Shown here: in pieces, positions 1 through 8,867 of the stretch
Numbering within the stretch: the first letter of the stretch is position 1
Layout: each line of letters begins with the position of its first letter
NCBI GenBank assembly: GCA_013696045.1
Contig: JACCZH010000247.1
Span: 1 to 33,241 of the forward strand
DNA: 33,241 nucleotides
DNA from: Chloroflexia bacterium
GTDB taxonomy: Bacteria; Chloroflexota; Chloroflexia; Thermomicrobiales; CFX8
Direction of reading: 5' to 3'
The notes under the pieces: model-generated
The model's database searches: none
What the model was told of the DNA's origin: nothing
Seen by the model: the letters and a program-made list of their open reading frames with translations, nothing else
Translations under genes and position numbers: made by a program

Positions 1-67
1 AGGGTTTCATCCAATGCCGGAAATTGGATGAGGAAGCACCGAGACAATGAAGCCAATTACCTCACAT

Positions 68-102
68 GAAAACGGAGAAGGCCGATTGGCCCCCTCCGTT
101 TT
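68..102 (-). terminator. Rho-independent terminator hairpin downstream of the binding-protein gene (symmetrical, could act in both directions)
   Basis: Minus strand reads AAAACGGAGGGGGCC-AATC-GGCCTTCTCCGTTTT: a stem of about 12 bp (two G-U pairs), a 4-nt loop and a U-run, about 40 nt after the stop at 141. An A-run on the 5' side gives the same structure on the + strand. Confidence 0.75.
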
Positions 103-140
103 CAGATTGGTCATCCCAATGTTTGAGACGCCTGGCGGCC

Positions 141-2057
141 TTATACTTCGCGGCCTTCGATGAAGACCGAGTCAAACATGCGCAGGTACATGTTGCCGTT
201 TGGCACGACGTTACCTTGCTGGTTGACCGGCAGGCCCATGACCCAAGGCTTGAACAGGTAGTACGACACCCGGTAGGTGATCGGGACATAGCCGCGGTCT
301 CCCTGGATGATCGTCTCACACTGGCGATAGATCTCAAGCCGCGCTTCTGGATCGGTCTCTTCCTTGCCCGCGATCGTGAGGTCGTCGAACTCGGCGTTCG
401 ACCACGCCTGGCGCTTGCCCGTCTCCTTCTGCGAGTAGAACATGTCGAAGTAGCCATTGTTGGGATCCGGATAGTCGTAGAACCAGCGGATAAACACCAG
501 CTGCAACTCGGTTGCCCACAGTGAAGCGCGGAAGGAAACCGGCTCCATGACGTTAAGCTGGACGTCCATACCGAGATTATCGAGGAGCTGTGCCGCCATG
601 TCCTCGGCCATGATCTGCGAGTTGTGTGCTTCCTGGCGCAGGGTCATCACGATCTCCGGCCAGTTCTGGCCACCTTCAAAATCGGTGCCTTCGAGCGCCG
701 CCATGGCAAGGTCGGGATCGAATGGCTGGATGCTGGTGATCTCTTCGTCGTCGAAAAACCCGAAGAGCCCCGGAGGCATCATACTGGTCATCGGCTGACC
801 CTGGCCGTTGGTGACTTCAACCACCCGGTCGCGGTCGATGGCATGCGAAACAGCGGTCCGCACTTCCAGTTGGTCAAATGGAGCGATTGTTACCTGCGGC
901 AGCAAGAACCATACACCCGGGTAGACGTAGCGCACCAGCTCTTCGCTGAGTTGCGGGTCAGCATTCACGCGGGTGAGGTCTGGACCAGGAACGATGCCCC
1001 AGTCGCGGTCGCCTACCTCGTAGGGCAGCATACCCTGTTCGACCGGAATGATCGGCTGGATGATGCGCTCAAGCTGAATCTCGGACGCGTTCCAGTGGTT
1101 CTCATTCTTTTCGAGCTCGACAACCGTGTCGTGCTCCCATGCGACGAGCCGGAAGGGGCCATTCGAGACTACTTCATCGACTTCGTTCGGGTCGGTCCAG
1201 GTGTCGGGGTTGGCTTCAACCGATGGCGGGTGGCTGGGAACCGCTGCCAGGTAGGCAACAATGGATGGGAACACGCCGCGTGGCCCGACCATGTCGACTT
1301 CCAGTGTCCATTCGTCAACCGCCCTCACGCCGAGAGTCGTGGGATCGGCATCCTCGAGGTTGATTTCCTCAGCGTTGAGGATGTCATAGAGTATAGACGC
1401 GTAGGGGGCGGCGGTAGCTGGTGTGAGCAAACGTTGCCACGAGTAGACAAAAGTCTCGGCGGTAACCGGGTCACCGTTTGAGAAACCCGTATTGTCCGGT
1501 CGTATGTTGAATGTCCACATGGTGCCGTCGTCGTTCGGTGTCCACTCAGTGGCCCAGTCAGGGACGATCTCGAAGTTTTCGTCGTAGGTCATCAGGCCGG
1601 ACCATATGCTGGACGCGCCGTTACAGTACAGGTTGGCGTTGTAGTCGTGGCTTGAGGGGTCGTTGTCGTAACCGTAGTCGAGGAAGAACTGGTCGGTGTC
1701 CATTCCACCACTACCAGATGGCGACGCAGTTGCGTCGGCTGCTGGCGCTGTGGCATCCGGCTCTTCGGTCGCGGCGCCGGTGTCCTCGGTGGCGTCCGGT
1801 TCTTCAGTCGCGTCGGCCATGGGCTCAGTGGCTTCGGCTTCTACGGTTTCTTCAGGCGCTTCGGTCGGATCGTCGGCTACCGCTGGTACTGTCGCTACCG
1901 GCTCGTCGTCGTCGCCGCCACAAGCTGCGAGCAACGTACCTGCCGCCGGGGCTGCCATGGCCGCGCCAGCAATCTTGAGGAAGGTGCGCCTGTCAACACC
2001 CGCGCCACGCAGACGCTTCTCCAGTAGACGGATTTGCTCCTGATCGATAGTTACCAT
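141..2057 (-). CDS. ABC transporter substrate-binding lipoprotein, peptide/nickel family 5 (OppA/DppA-like), Tat-exported
   Basis: ORF 141..2117. Preferred start is ATG 2057 (MVTIDQ...), with GGAGGAG at 2070-2076. Twin-arginine motif DRRTFLK and lipobox LLAAC|GG. Long mature domain with family-5-like C-terminal region (FIRWFYDYPDPNNGYFDMFYS...NAEFDDL...RLEIYRQCE). Last gene of the permease/ATPase operon. Confidence 0.9.
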   Translation of the reverse strand: MVTIDQEQIRLLEKRLRGAGVDRRTFLKIAGAAMAAPAAGTLLAACGGDDDEPVATVPAVADDPTEAPEETVEAEATEPMADATEEPDATEDTGAATEEPDATAPAADATASPSGSGGMDTDQFFLDYGYDNDPSSHDYNANLYCNGASSIWSGLMTYDENFEIVPDWATEWTPNDDGTMWTFNIRPDNTGFSNGDPVTAETFVYSWQRLLTPATAAPYASILYDILNAEEINLEDADPTTLGVRAVDEWTLEVDMVGPRGVFPSIVAYLAAVPSHPPSVEANPDTWTDPNEVDEVVSNGPFRLVAWEHDTVVELEKNENHWNASEIQLERIIQPIIPVEQGMLPYEVGDRDWGIVPGPDLTRVNADPQLSEELVRYVYPGVWFLLPQVTIAPFDQLEVRTAVSHAIDRDRVVEVTNGQGQPMTSMMPPGLFGFFDDEEITSIQPFDPDLAMAALEGTDFEGGQNWPEIVMTLRQEAHNSQIMAEDMAAQLLDNLGMDVQLNVMEPVSFRASLWATELQLVFIRWFYDYPDPNNGYFDMFYSQKETGKRQAWSNAEFDDLTIAGKEETDPEARLEIYRQCETIIQGDRGYVPITYRVSYYLFKPWVMGLPVNQQGNVVPNGNMYLRMFDSVFIEGREV

Positions 2058-2091
2058 TCTTGTGTGTCTCCTCCTACAGTGGTTCACAATC

Positions 2092-2116
2092 TGCAACGTA
2101 CTTTCCGTATGTTGCA
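2092..2116 (-). promoter_or_regulatory. Intercistronic stem-loop just upstream of the binding-protein RBS
   Basis: Minus strand reads TGCAACATAC-GGAAA-GTACGTTGCA (9 of 10 positions pair, 5-nt loop), about 35 nt upstream of ATG 2057. No U-run follows, so it is more likely an mRNA processing or stability element than a terminator. Confidence 0.3.
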
Positions 2117-2209
2117 TGTCAGCCAGTAGTGCCTGATGCGACTACCGCGCGGATCAGAACCGATTGGATCGTTTAAGCAAACTCACTTACCCACCACGCA
2201 CAACTCAAG

Positions 2210-2590
2210 TCATCCGTTCAGCAGGCCTCCTCCCAAGCTAGACTCGCGGAGTGCACGCACATTAAAGCCGTCGTTGTCCGGATACGTACTCAGCATACGT
2301 ATGACGGCGGCCTTCCGGTCGTATCCACCTCCTCCAAATCCCCGGGCGTATCCCAATCGATGCTCCACATAAGGAACCAGCACTCGCCGGACAGCCCCTG
2401 CGTGGATGGATGTGTCTTCGCGCATATTCGCGTACCGCTTATTCCCATCATTACCGGGACCACCCTCCGCCCGGCAGATGTGCGGCTGCGTGTCGTGAGC
2501 CTTTAGGTGATGCTTGTATGTAGCATAATCCCGGCTGATTTGCAATATGCCCGCCCACGTTCCCTGATGCTTGCTGGCATTATTCGGCAT
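2210..2590 (-). CDS. Hypothetical 126-aa soluble protein embedded in the opp-like operon
   Basis: This is the C-terminal part of track ORF 2210..2872. ATG 2590 lies inside the last codons of the upstream ATPase (..CAC T ATG CCG AAT AA..), an 11-nt overlap that suggests translational coupling. Non-repetitive sequence (..[89 protein letters not shown]..). Third-position G+C is about 60% by hand count. I recognise no family. Confidence 0.55.
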   Translation of the reverse strand: MPNNASKHQGTWAGILQISRDYATYKHHLKAHDTQPHICRAEGGPGNDGNKRYANMREDTSIHAGAVRRVLVPYVEHRLGYARGFGGGGYDRKAAVIRMLSTYPDNDGFNVRALRESSLGGGLLNG

Positions 2591-3599
2591 AGTGGCAGGC
2601 AACCCAATGATCGGGCGCAAGCTCCCTGAGCTCTGGTTCGGTTTCCGAACAATCAGCGCGCGCAACCGGACAACGAGGGTGAAAACGGCACCCGCTGGGT
2701 GGGTTGGCCGGGCTGGGAACGTCACCCTCAAGAATGATCCGGTCGCGATGCAAGTTTGGATTTGCCACCGGAATTGCCGAGATGAGCGCCTGGGTATAGG
2801 GGTGCTTTGGTTGTTCGGTGATGACCTTGGCGTCGCCGACTTCCACCAGCTTGCCGAGGTACATGACGCCAACCCGATCGGAGATGTGCGCCACGACCGC
2901 CAGGTTGTGGGCGATGAAGAGGTAGGTCAGGTTGAAGTCGTTCTGAAGCTGGCGCAGCAGGTTGAGTACCTGAGCCTGAACCGATACGTCCAGTGCCGAA
3001 ACCGGCTCATCACAGATGACGAGGTCCGGGTTCAGCGCCAGCGACCGGGCGATGCCGATGCGCTGGCGCTGTCCACCAGAAAACTCATGTGGATAGCGGT
3101 TGGTGAAGTAGCTGTTGAGGCCAACGACCCGCAGAAGCTCGCGCACTCTTTCCTGGCGTTCCTCGCGGCTGCCGATGCCATAGATATTGAGTGGCTCCGA
3201 GATGATCGACCCGACGGTCATGCGCGGATCAAGCGATGCGGAAGGATCCTGAAAGATCATCTGCATGGCCCGGCGATGCTTGCGCAGATCGTTTGCGTTG
3301 AGCTTTGAAATATCGGCGCCGTTAAAGATGATGCTGCCTTCAGTTGGGTTGTAGAGCCGGATGATGGTCTGGCCCAGGGTCGTCTTGCCGCAACCGGATT
3401 CGCCAACCAGCCCGAACGTTTCGCCACGGCGCACCACAAAGGAGATGTCGTCGACGGCGCGAATGTTCATCCCGCCGCCACGCGCCAGGAAGCCGCCGCC
3501 AATCTGGAAATGCTTCTTAAGGTTACGCACCTCAAGAATGTTATCCGGGCTGCCAGTCTTCTGCTCGATCTGATTCTGCACGCTGGTATCGATTACCAA
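2580..3599 (-). CDS. Oligopeptide/dipeptide ABC transporter ATP-binding protein (OppF/DppF-like)
   Basis: Walker [10 protein letters not shown], signature [15 protein letters not shown], Walker [14 protein letters not shown]-terminal oligopeptide-type extension with CRFHPRC..C..C. TTG start at 3599 with GGTGGAG upstream. Confidence 0.93.
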   Translation of the reverse strand: MVIDTSVQNQIEQKTGSPDNILEVRNLKKHFQIGGGFLARGGGMNIRAVDDISFVVRRGETFGLVGESGCGKTTLGQTIIRLYNPTEGSIIFNGADISKLNANDLRKHRRAMQMIFQDPSASLDPRMTVGSIISEPLNIYGIGSREERQERVRELLRVVGLNSYFTNRYPHEFSGGQRQRIGIARSLALNPDLVICDEPVSALDVSVQAQVLNLLRQLQNDFNLTYLFIAHNLAVVAHISDRVGVMYLGKLVEVGDAKVITEQPKHPYTQALISAIPVANPNLHRDRIILEGDVPSPANPPSGCRFHPRCPVARADCSETEPELRELAPDHWVACHYAE

Positions 3600-3623
3600 A
3601 GTGTTTCTCCACCCTCTGTCTTG

Positions 3624-4649
3624 TTAATCAGCCTGCGCCGGGATCTCGGGTGGCGCGACCGCGCCCTTCCCCTGGGGGAACCAGCAGCGGGCCATCTGGC
3701 CCGGCGCAACCTCGCCCAGGGGGGGTGATTCTTCACATTTGTCTTGCCGGTAGCGGCAGCGTGGACGGAAACGGCAACCCACCGGCGGCGCCAGAAGGTC
3801 TGGCGGCAGCCCCGGAATCGGGATGAGCGCCTCTTTGACCCGTTCGCCAATCTGGGGCACGGAGTTCAGCAGGCCAATGGTATACGGGTGTTGCGGGCTG
3901 TTGAAGATGGCGTCGGCGGTTCCACTCTCGACGATCTGGCCGGCATACATAACGACCACCCGCTCGCAAACCTCTGCGACCACGCCCAGGTCGTGGGTAA
4001 TGAGCACGATGGCTGTGCCAACATCGCGGTTGAGCTGCATCATCAGATCGAGAATCTGTGCCTGAATGGTGACGTCCAGCGCGGTGGTCGGCTCGTCGGC
4101 AATGAGGAGTTTGGGGTTGCAGGCCAGTGCCATGGCGATCATGACCCGCTGGCGCATACCTCCCGAGAATTGATGCGGGTACGCGCCGAGCCGGTCTTCA
4201 GCGGCCGGAATGCCTACCCGTTTCAGAAGCTCGATAGCGCGTTGCTCCGCTTCGCGTTTCGACAGATCGAGATGCAGGACAAGCGGCTCAGTAAGCTGGT
4301 CGCCAACAGTCAGGACCGGGTTGAGTGATGTCATGGGATCCTGGAAAATCATGGCGATCTGGTTGCCTCTGATCCTGCGCATTTCGCTTTCGCTTGATGA
4401 GACCAGATCAACCACACCGGTTCCATGGTCGAGCAAAATCTCGCCATCAACGATACGTCCCGGTGGTTGCGGAATGAGCCGCATGATAGACGTCGCCGTG
4501 ACACTCTTGCCGCAGCCGGATTCGCCCACAATACCGAGCGTTTCGCCCTCACCTACATGGAACGACACGCCATCAACGGCGTAGACAATGCCGGCGCGAG
4601 TGAAGAACTGCGTTTTGAGATTGTTGACCTCAAGGACGTTACGAGCCAC
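3624..4649 (-). CDS. Oligopeptide/dipeptide ABC transporter ATP-binding protein (OppD/DppD-like)
   Basis: Walker [10 protein letters not shown], signature [15 protein letters not shown], Walker [14 protein letters not shown]-terminal [14 protein letters not shown]...C motif. GTG start at 4649 preceded by GGAGGAG. Confidence 0.93.
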   Translation of the reverse strand: MARNVLEVNNLKTQFFTRAGIVYAVDGVSFHVGEGETLGIVGESGCGKSVTATSIMRLIPQPPGRIVDGEILLDHGTGVVDLVSSSESEMRRIRGNQIAMIFQDPMTSLNPVLTVGDQLTEPLVLHLDLSKREAEQRAIELLKRVGIPAAEDRLGAYPHQFSGGMRQRVMIAMALACNPKLLIADEPTTALDVTIQAQILDLMMQLNRDVGTAIVLITHDLGVVAEVCERVVVMYAGQIVESGTADAIFNSPQHPYTIGLLNSVPQIGERVKEALIPIPGLPPDLLAPPVGCRFRPRCRYRQDKCEESPPLGEVAPGQMARCWFPQGKGAVAPPEIPAQAD

Positions 4650-4689
4650 TACTCCTCCATCCCCATATCGCCAGACGAGTGACGACGGG

Positions 4690-5619
4690 TTAATCGTTCA
4701 GGCGCACATCAAGCGCGTCGCGCAGACCGTCCCCCAGGAAGGTAAACGCGAGCATGGTCAACGCAATTGCAATGCTGGGGAAGAGCATAAGATGCTGGAC
4801 GGCGCGGATGTATTGCTGGCCGGTTCCGACCATCTGGCCCCAGCTTGGCTGGGGCGGCCGGATGCCGACACCAATGAACGAAAGCGACGCTTCGATAAAG
4901 ATAGCAGTGGGAATGCCGAAGGTAAGGGCAACGATGATCGGCGTCATGCTGTTGGGTAGCATGTGCCGCATGATGATGTATCCAGGACCCGCCCCCGACA
5001 CGCGCGATGCCTTGACGTATTCCTGTTCCCGAATTGACAGCATCTGGCCGCGCACAAGGCGCGCCATTGTGACCCATCCGGTTAAGCCAATGGCTAGAAA
5101 GATGGTTGACATGCCGGGACCACGCATATTCACGATCAGGAGCACCAGCAGCAGTTGAGGAATGGCGTAGACAACGTCCACGAGGCGCATCAGCGCGGTG
5201 TCAAGCGTACCCCCGAAATAACCGGCCATTGCGCCGACCGGAACACCGATCGCGAGAACGATGAGCTGCGCGGCGACACCAACCAGCAGCGACACGCGAG
5301 CGCCATATACAACCCGGCTGAAGACATCACGGCCGTTCTGGTCAATGCCCATCGGAAAGTTCCACGACGGCTTGGTCAGCCGCAGATCCACGGCGACTGT
5401 TTCAGCGTAGCCGTAGGGCGCGATGACATCTGCAAAGACCGCGATGAGGATGAGCATGCTGGCGATGACCATGCCGATTACCGCGAGTTTGTTGCGCAAT
5501 AGCCTGCGCCATGCGTCACCCCAGAGGCTTGCCTGCCGGGTTGGGGCAGCTTCAGCGGCCTCAGAGAGAAGCTGCGCCTGACTGACATGATCAGCATTTG
5601 AGTCTTGTGACGCCGCCAT
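4690..5619 (-). CDS. ABC transporter permease (OppC/DppC-like)
   Basis: Six-TM BPD-type permease with an OppC-type N-terminus (WGDAWRRLLRNKLAVIGMVI) and an EAA-loop region (EYVKASRVSGAGPGYIIMRHMLPN). ATG 5619 lies 1 nt after the upstream permease stop. Confidence 0.92.
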   Translation of the reverse strand: MAASQDSNADHVSQAQLLSEAAEAAPTRQASLWGDAWRRLLRNKLAVIGMVIASMLILIAVFADVIAPYGYAETVAVDLRLTKPSWNFPMGIDQNGRDVFSRVVYGARVSLLVGVAAQLIVLAIGVPVGAMAGYFGGTLDTALMRLVDVVYAIPQLLLVLLIVNMRGPGMSTIFLAIGLTGWVTMARLVRGQMLSIREQEYVKASRVSGAGPGYIIMRHMLPNSMTPIIVALTFGIPTAIFIEASLSFIGVGIRPPQPSWGQMVGTGQQYIRAVQHLMLFPSIAIALTMLAFTFLGDGLRDALDVRLND

Positions 5620-5620
5620 C

Positions 5621-6574
5621 TTAATCTCCTCTGCCGCCGCTGAGGCGTATGCGTGGATCGATGATCCCGTACAACACGTCTACAAACAGGTTCATGATTG
5701 CCAGGAAGACGCCGTAGATCAGCACCACGCCGAGAATCATAGGCTGATCCTTGGCCTGCATACTTGTGACAAAGAACTTACCCATGCCTGGCACGGCGAA
5801 AATCTGCTCCACAAAGAACGACCCGGTGGCCAGCGCAGCCAGTAGCGGGCCAAGCAGCGTAATAACCGGAATCAGAGCGTTCTTGAGCACATGCTTCAGG
5901 ATCACTTTCTGCTCGGCCAAACCCTTGGCGCGGGCGGTGCGGACATAGTCCGAGCGGATGACATCGATCATGCTGGAGCGGGTGTAACGGGCGATGATCG
6001 CCAGCGGGCCGGCCCCGAGCGCGATGGTGGGCAAGACCCAATCCTTGGGACTGTCCCACCCGCCCAGATTGAAGAATGAGATCCCGGTCCAACCAGGTAT
6101 CCAGAATACGAAGAGTAATAACAGGAGGATGCCGAGCACAAAGTTGGGGACCGAGAAAAAGAGGATGGCAAGCGTGACGCTGAAATAATCGGTGATGCCG
6201 TTCTGGTTGACGGCGGCCAGGATGCCTAAGGTGAGCCCGCCAATAGCTGCGAAGGTGAGCCCCATAACACCAAGATGAAAGGAGACCGGGAATGTGCGGG
6301 CAACAATGTTACCAACCTTCTGGGGGCGGCGGGCATACGACTCGCCAAAGTCTCCCCGGGCCGCGTTCCAGACATAGCTGCCAAACTGGACGATCATGGG
6401 CCGGTCAAGACCGTATTGCTCCTCCATCCGCGCGACGTCCTCGGGCCGCATGTTCGCTCCGCCGGAGGTGAATGGGCTGCCGGGTGTGGCTTGCATGATG
6501 ATAAATACGACGGCGGCAATCGACAGAACGGTTGGAATGAACCAGAGGATCCTGATACCGATGTAGCGTATCAC
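5621..6574 (-). CDS. ABC transporter permease (OppB/DppB-like)
   Basis: Typical N-terminus (V)IRYIGIRILWFIPTVLSI and EAA loop DYVRTARAKGLAEQKVILKHVLKNALIPV. The track ORF extends to TTG 6640. I prefer GTG 6574, preceded by GGGAAGGAA (6584-6592). The start is uncertain (6574, 6613 or 6640). Confidence 0.88.
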   Translation of the reverse strand: MIRYIGIRILWFIPTVLSIAAVVFIIMQATPGSPFTSGGANMRPEDVARMEEQYGLDRPMIVQFGSYVWNAARGDFGESYARRPQKVGNIVARTFPVSFHLGVMGLTFAAIGGLTLGILAAVNQNGITDYFSVTLAILFFSVPNFVLGILLLLLFVFWIPGWTGISFFNLGGWDSPKDWVLPTIALGAGPLAIIARYTRSSMIDVIRSDYVRTARAKGLAEQKVILKHVLKNALIPVITLLGPLLAALATGSFFVEQIFAVPGMGKFFVTSMQAKDQPMILGVVLIYGVFLAIMNLFVDVLYGIIDPRIRLSGGRGD

Positions 6575-6938
6575 TACGGATGTTTCCTTCCCTCGTACCG
6601 TGCCCCGGCACATTCTCTGGGCGTGACGCTTGCTCCGCAAGAAGGTGATGTCAGTCTAGCGGCGCCCGAATTTCGGCAGTTGCATGAGTGGCAACTACAA
6701 ACACTACGTCTCATCTCCGCCAGCGGTCGTGTCTCTCTACTGCACCGCTCAACCGGAAAACCGATCGATAATCGAGGCAGAAGCCGATCACCGGTGATCC
6801 GGCTCATCGGCTACACAGCCCGGTCCCTATGCCTGGTGGCGGCGTTGCTAACGTCGCTGCTCGTCCGGGTTCCGGGTTGTCGCTAACCCGAATCGGACGA
6901 TCCAATCTGTGAATGGCAATGCTATTCGCTCGTGGCGC

Positions 6939-6968
6939 ACTATAACAGTTTTGGAAAATGAGTGTCAA
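6939..6968 (-). promoter_or_regulatory. Sigma-70-type promoter for the opp-like operon
   Basis: Minus strand reads TTGACA (6968-6963), an 18-nt spacer, then TATAGT (6944-6939). It sits about 35 nt after the ROK stop and about 360 nt upstream of the first permease start. Confidence 0.6.
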
Positions 6969-7002
6969 GCAAAGGATATGAATTGTGAGAAAACGAACGA
7001 AG

Positions 7003-7965
7003 CTATTTCAGACCGTCGCCGTGGAAGACGATGGCGGCGGCTCCATAGATGCCGGTTTTTGTGCCCAGGCTGGAACCGGTGACGGTCACGTATTCCCAGA
7101 TATCAGGCATGGCGTGGGCTTTGAAGGAGTGGTGGGCAGGTTTGAGTAGCAGGTCGCCAATGCGGGCCAGCCCGCCGCCAATGACGATCATCTCGGGGTT
7201 GAAGATATTAGCATAGTTCGCCAGCGCGGCGCCGAGCGCCTGGCCGGCCCGCTCCAGAATTTGGGTTGCGGCGACATCTCCGGTTTCAGCGGCACTGGAC
7301 ACTGCCCGTGCGTCGATTTCATCTGGATCTTTGGCGGCGTTACGAATGGCGTCACCACGTCCGGAACGCACCAGGGATTGACCGTCGCGGGCGATGGCCC
7401 AGCCAGAGCAATATGCCTCGACGCATCCAGCGGAGCCACAGGTGCAGCGTGGACCGTCCATGCTGACGCAGGTGTGGCCAAGCTCGCCTCCGAGGCCGTG
7501 CACGCCGTCGATGAGCACGCCGCCGCTGATGACTCCACCACCGAATCCGGTGCCGAGCGCGACGTATACCATGTGCTGCGCCTGCTTACCCGCCCCGAAG
7601 TAGAACTCCCCCAGCGCGGCGGCGTTGGCGTCGTTTCCAAGGTGGACGGTGCGGCCGGTGAGCTTGCCCAGGCGGTCACGCAGCGGCACATCGGTCCAGC
7701 CCACCAGGTTGGGGCTGAAGCGCACGACACCGGCTTTGGGATCGAGTGGACCGGGCGCGACGACGCCGACCGGAGTGTCCGTGTCCAGGCCGGCATCCGA
7801 GGCGACACGCTCGATGAGATCGGCCATACGTTGTATGACTGTGTCAACACCCCGCTCGGATTCGGTCAGCTCACGCTCTTCGGCGCGGATCGTTCCGTTA
7901 CGGTCAACCACCGAGCAGCGCAGGTTGGTTCCTCCGAGGTCAACAGCCAGGGTGGTCTCGGTCAT
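7003..7965 (-). CDS. ROK-family sugar kinase (glucokinase-like)
   Basis: N-terminal ATP motif LAVDLGGTNLR and ROK zinc motif CTCGSAGCVEAYCSG. Preferred start is ATG 7965 (MTETTLAVDLGG), with GGAGAGAGG upstream. Track position 7998 is a TTG. Confidence 0.88.
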   Translation of the reverse strand: MTETTLAVDLGGTNLRCSVVDRNGTIRAEERELTESERGVDTVIQRMADLIERVASDAGLDTDTPVGVVAPGPLDPKAGVVRFSPNLVGWTDVPLRDRLGKLTGRTVHLGNDANAAALGEFYFGAGKQAQHMVYVALGTGFGGGVISGGVLIDGVHGLGGELGHTCVSMDGPRCTCGSAGCVEAYCSGWAIARDGQSLVRSGRGDAIRNAAKDPDEIDARAVSSAAETGDVAATQILERAGQALGAALANYANIFNPEMIVIGGGLARIGDLLLKPAHHSFKAHAMPDIWEYVTVTGSSLGTKTGIYGAAAIVFHGDGLK

Positions 7966-7998
7966 TGATCGGAACCTCTCTCCGTCCGGGACAGTCAA

Positions 7999-8739
7999 TC
8001 AGCGAGCGACGCGGTAACGCAGCAATGTCCACAGGATAACGAAACCGTCGGTCCAGGAGATCTTCTTGCCCTCCCAGAACTCGCGGCCGTTATACGAGAT
8101 CGGCACCTCATAGATACGCACACCTTGCCTCAGGATCTTGGCCGTGATTTCAGGATCAATGCCCCAGCGCATTTGCCTGATGTCGAGTCCGTCGGCAATG
8201 TCGCGCGTGAACACTTTGTAACAGGTTTCCATGTCGCTCAGTGTGGTGTCGAACAGGATGTTGGTAACCAGCGTTAGAAACTTGTTGCCAAGCGAGTGCC
8301 AGAAGTACATTGCCTTGTGCTCGCCGAGAAAACGCGAGCCGTACACGGCCTTGGAACGCCCTTCAAGAATAGGTTTCAGGAGGGCGTGGAAGTCGCGTGG
8401 GTCGTACTCCAGGTCGGCGTCCTGGATGATGACGACATCGCCCTGTACGTGCTGCAATCCCGTGCGAACCGCGCCGCCCTTACCGAGGTTACTGGAGTGC
8501 AAGAAGACGCGAGTGCCCTCCGCTTCGACCTCGGATGTTAGGACGCTTCGGGTACCGTCGGTTGAGAAGTCGTCGACGACGATGATTTCCTTGGGAATTG
8601 GTATCGCGCGAACTTGATCCAGAATGGCCGCGATTGTGCGCTCTTCGTTGTACACGGGCACGATGACGCTGAGCAAAATGTCTTGCTCGTCACGGGGCGT
8701 GAATTGGATGGAAGGTGGCCGGGGAGCTTGTCTACTCAT
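7999..8739 (-). CDS. Family-2 glycosyltransferase (polyprenol-phosphate sugar transferase-like)
   Basis: GT-A motifs LSVIVPVYNEE, VVDDFSTDGT and IIQDADLEYDP. ATG 8739 lies 6 nt after the GGAGG core. Confidence 0.85.
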   Translation of the reverse strand: MSRQAPRPPSIQFTPRDEQDILLSVIVPVYNEERTIAAILDQVRAIPIPKEIIVVDDFSTDGTRSVLTSEVEAEGTRVFLHSSNLGKGGAVRTGLQHVQGDVVIIQDADLEYDPRDFHALLKPILEGRSKAVYGSRFLGEHKAMYFWHSLGNKFLTLVTNILFDTTLSDMETCYKVFTRDIADGLDIRQMRWGIDPEITAKILRQGVRIYEVPISYNGREFWEGKKISWTDGFVILWTLLRYRVAR

Positions 8740-8769
8740 CACCCACCTCCGTCCAGACTACGCTTGTAA

Positions 8770-8844
8770 GGGAGGGCCCTGTGCCCTCCCGGTTTCCCCT
8801 GTCAAGTGATTCAGCCTGGCCGCAGGAGGGCACAGGGCCCTCCT
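8770..8844. repeat. Pair of self-complementary 21-nt palindromes forming a 19-bp inverted repeat between hslU-like and the GT2 gene
   Basis: 8770-8790 is GGGAGGGCCCTGTGCCCTCCC and 8824-8844 is AGGAGGGCACAGGGCCCTCCT. The central 19 nt are exact reverse complements. Each arm is also its own hairpin (GGAGGGC / 5-nt loop / GCCCTCC). Confidence 0.85.
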
Positions 8845-8867
8845 CTACGGAATAGCTGGTGGCCGGA

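Noticed and set aside
2136-2372. 78-aa plus-strand ORF in the oppF-SBP gap
   Set aside because: Pro/Ser-rich and low complexity, with no RBS. The opposite-strand 126-aa ORF, with its coupled start, explains the region better.
6574-6807. 77-codon Cys-rich upstream ORF (..SVCSCHSCNCRNSG..) whose TAG overlaps the permease GTG start
   Set aside because: There is no convincing RBS and the composition looks like out-of-frame GC-rich sequence. The Cys cluster is short and plausibly chance. I mention it only as part of the long-leader finding.
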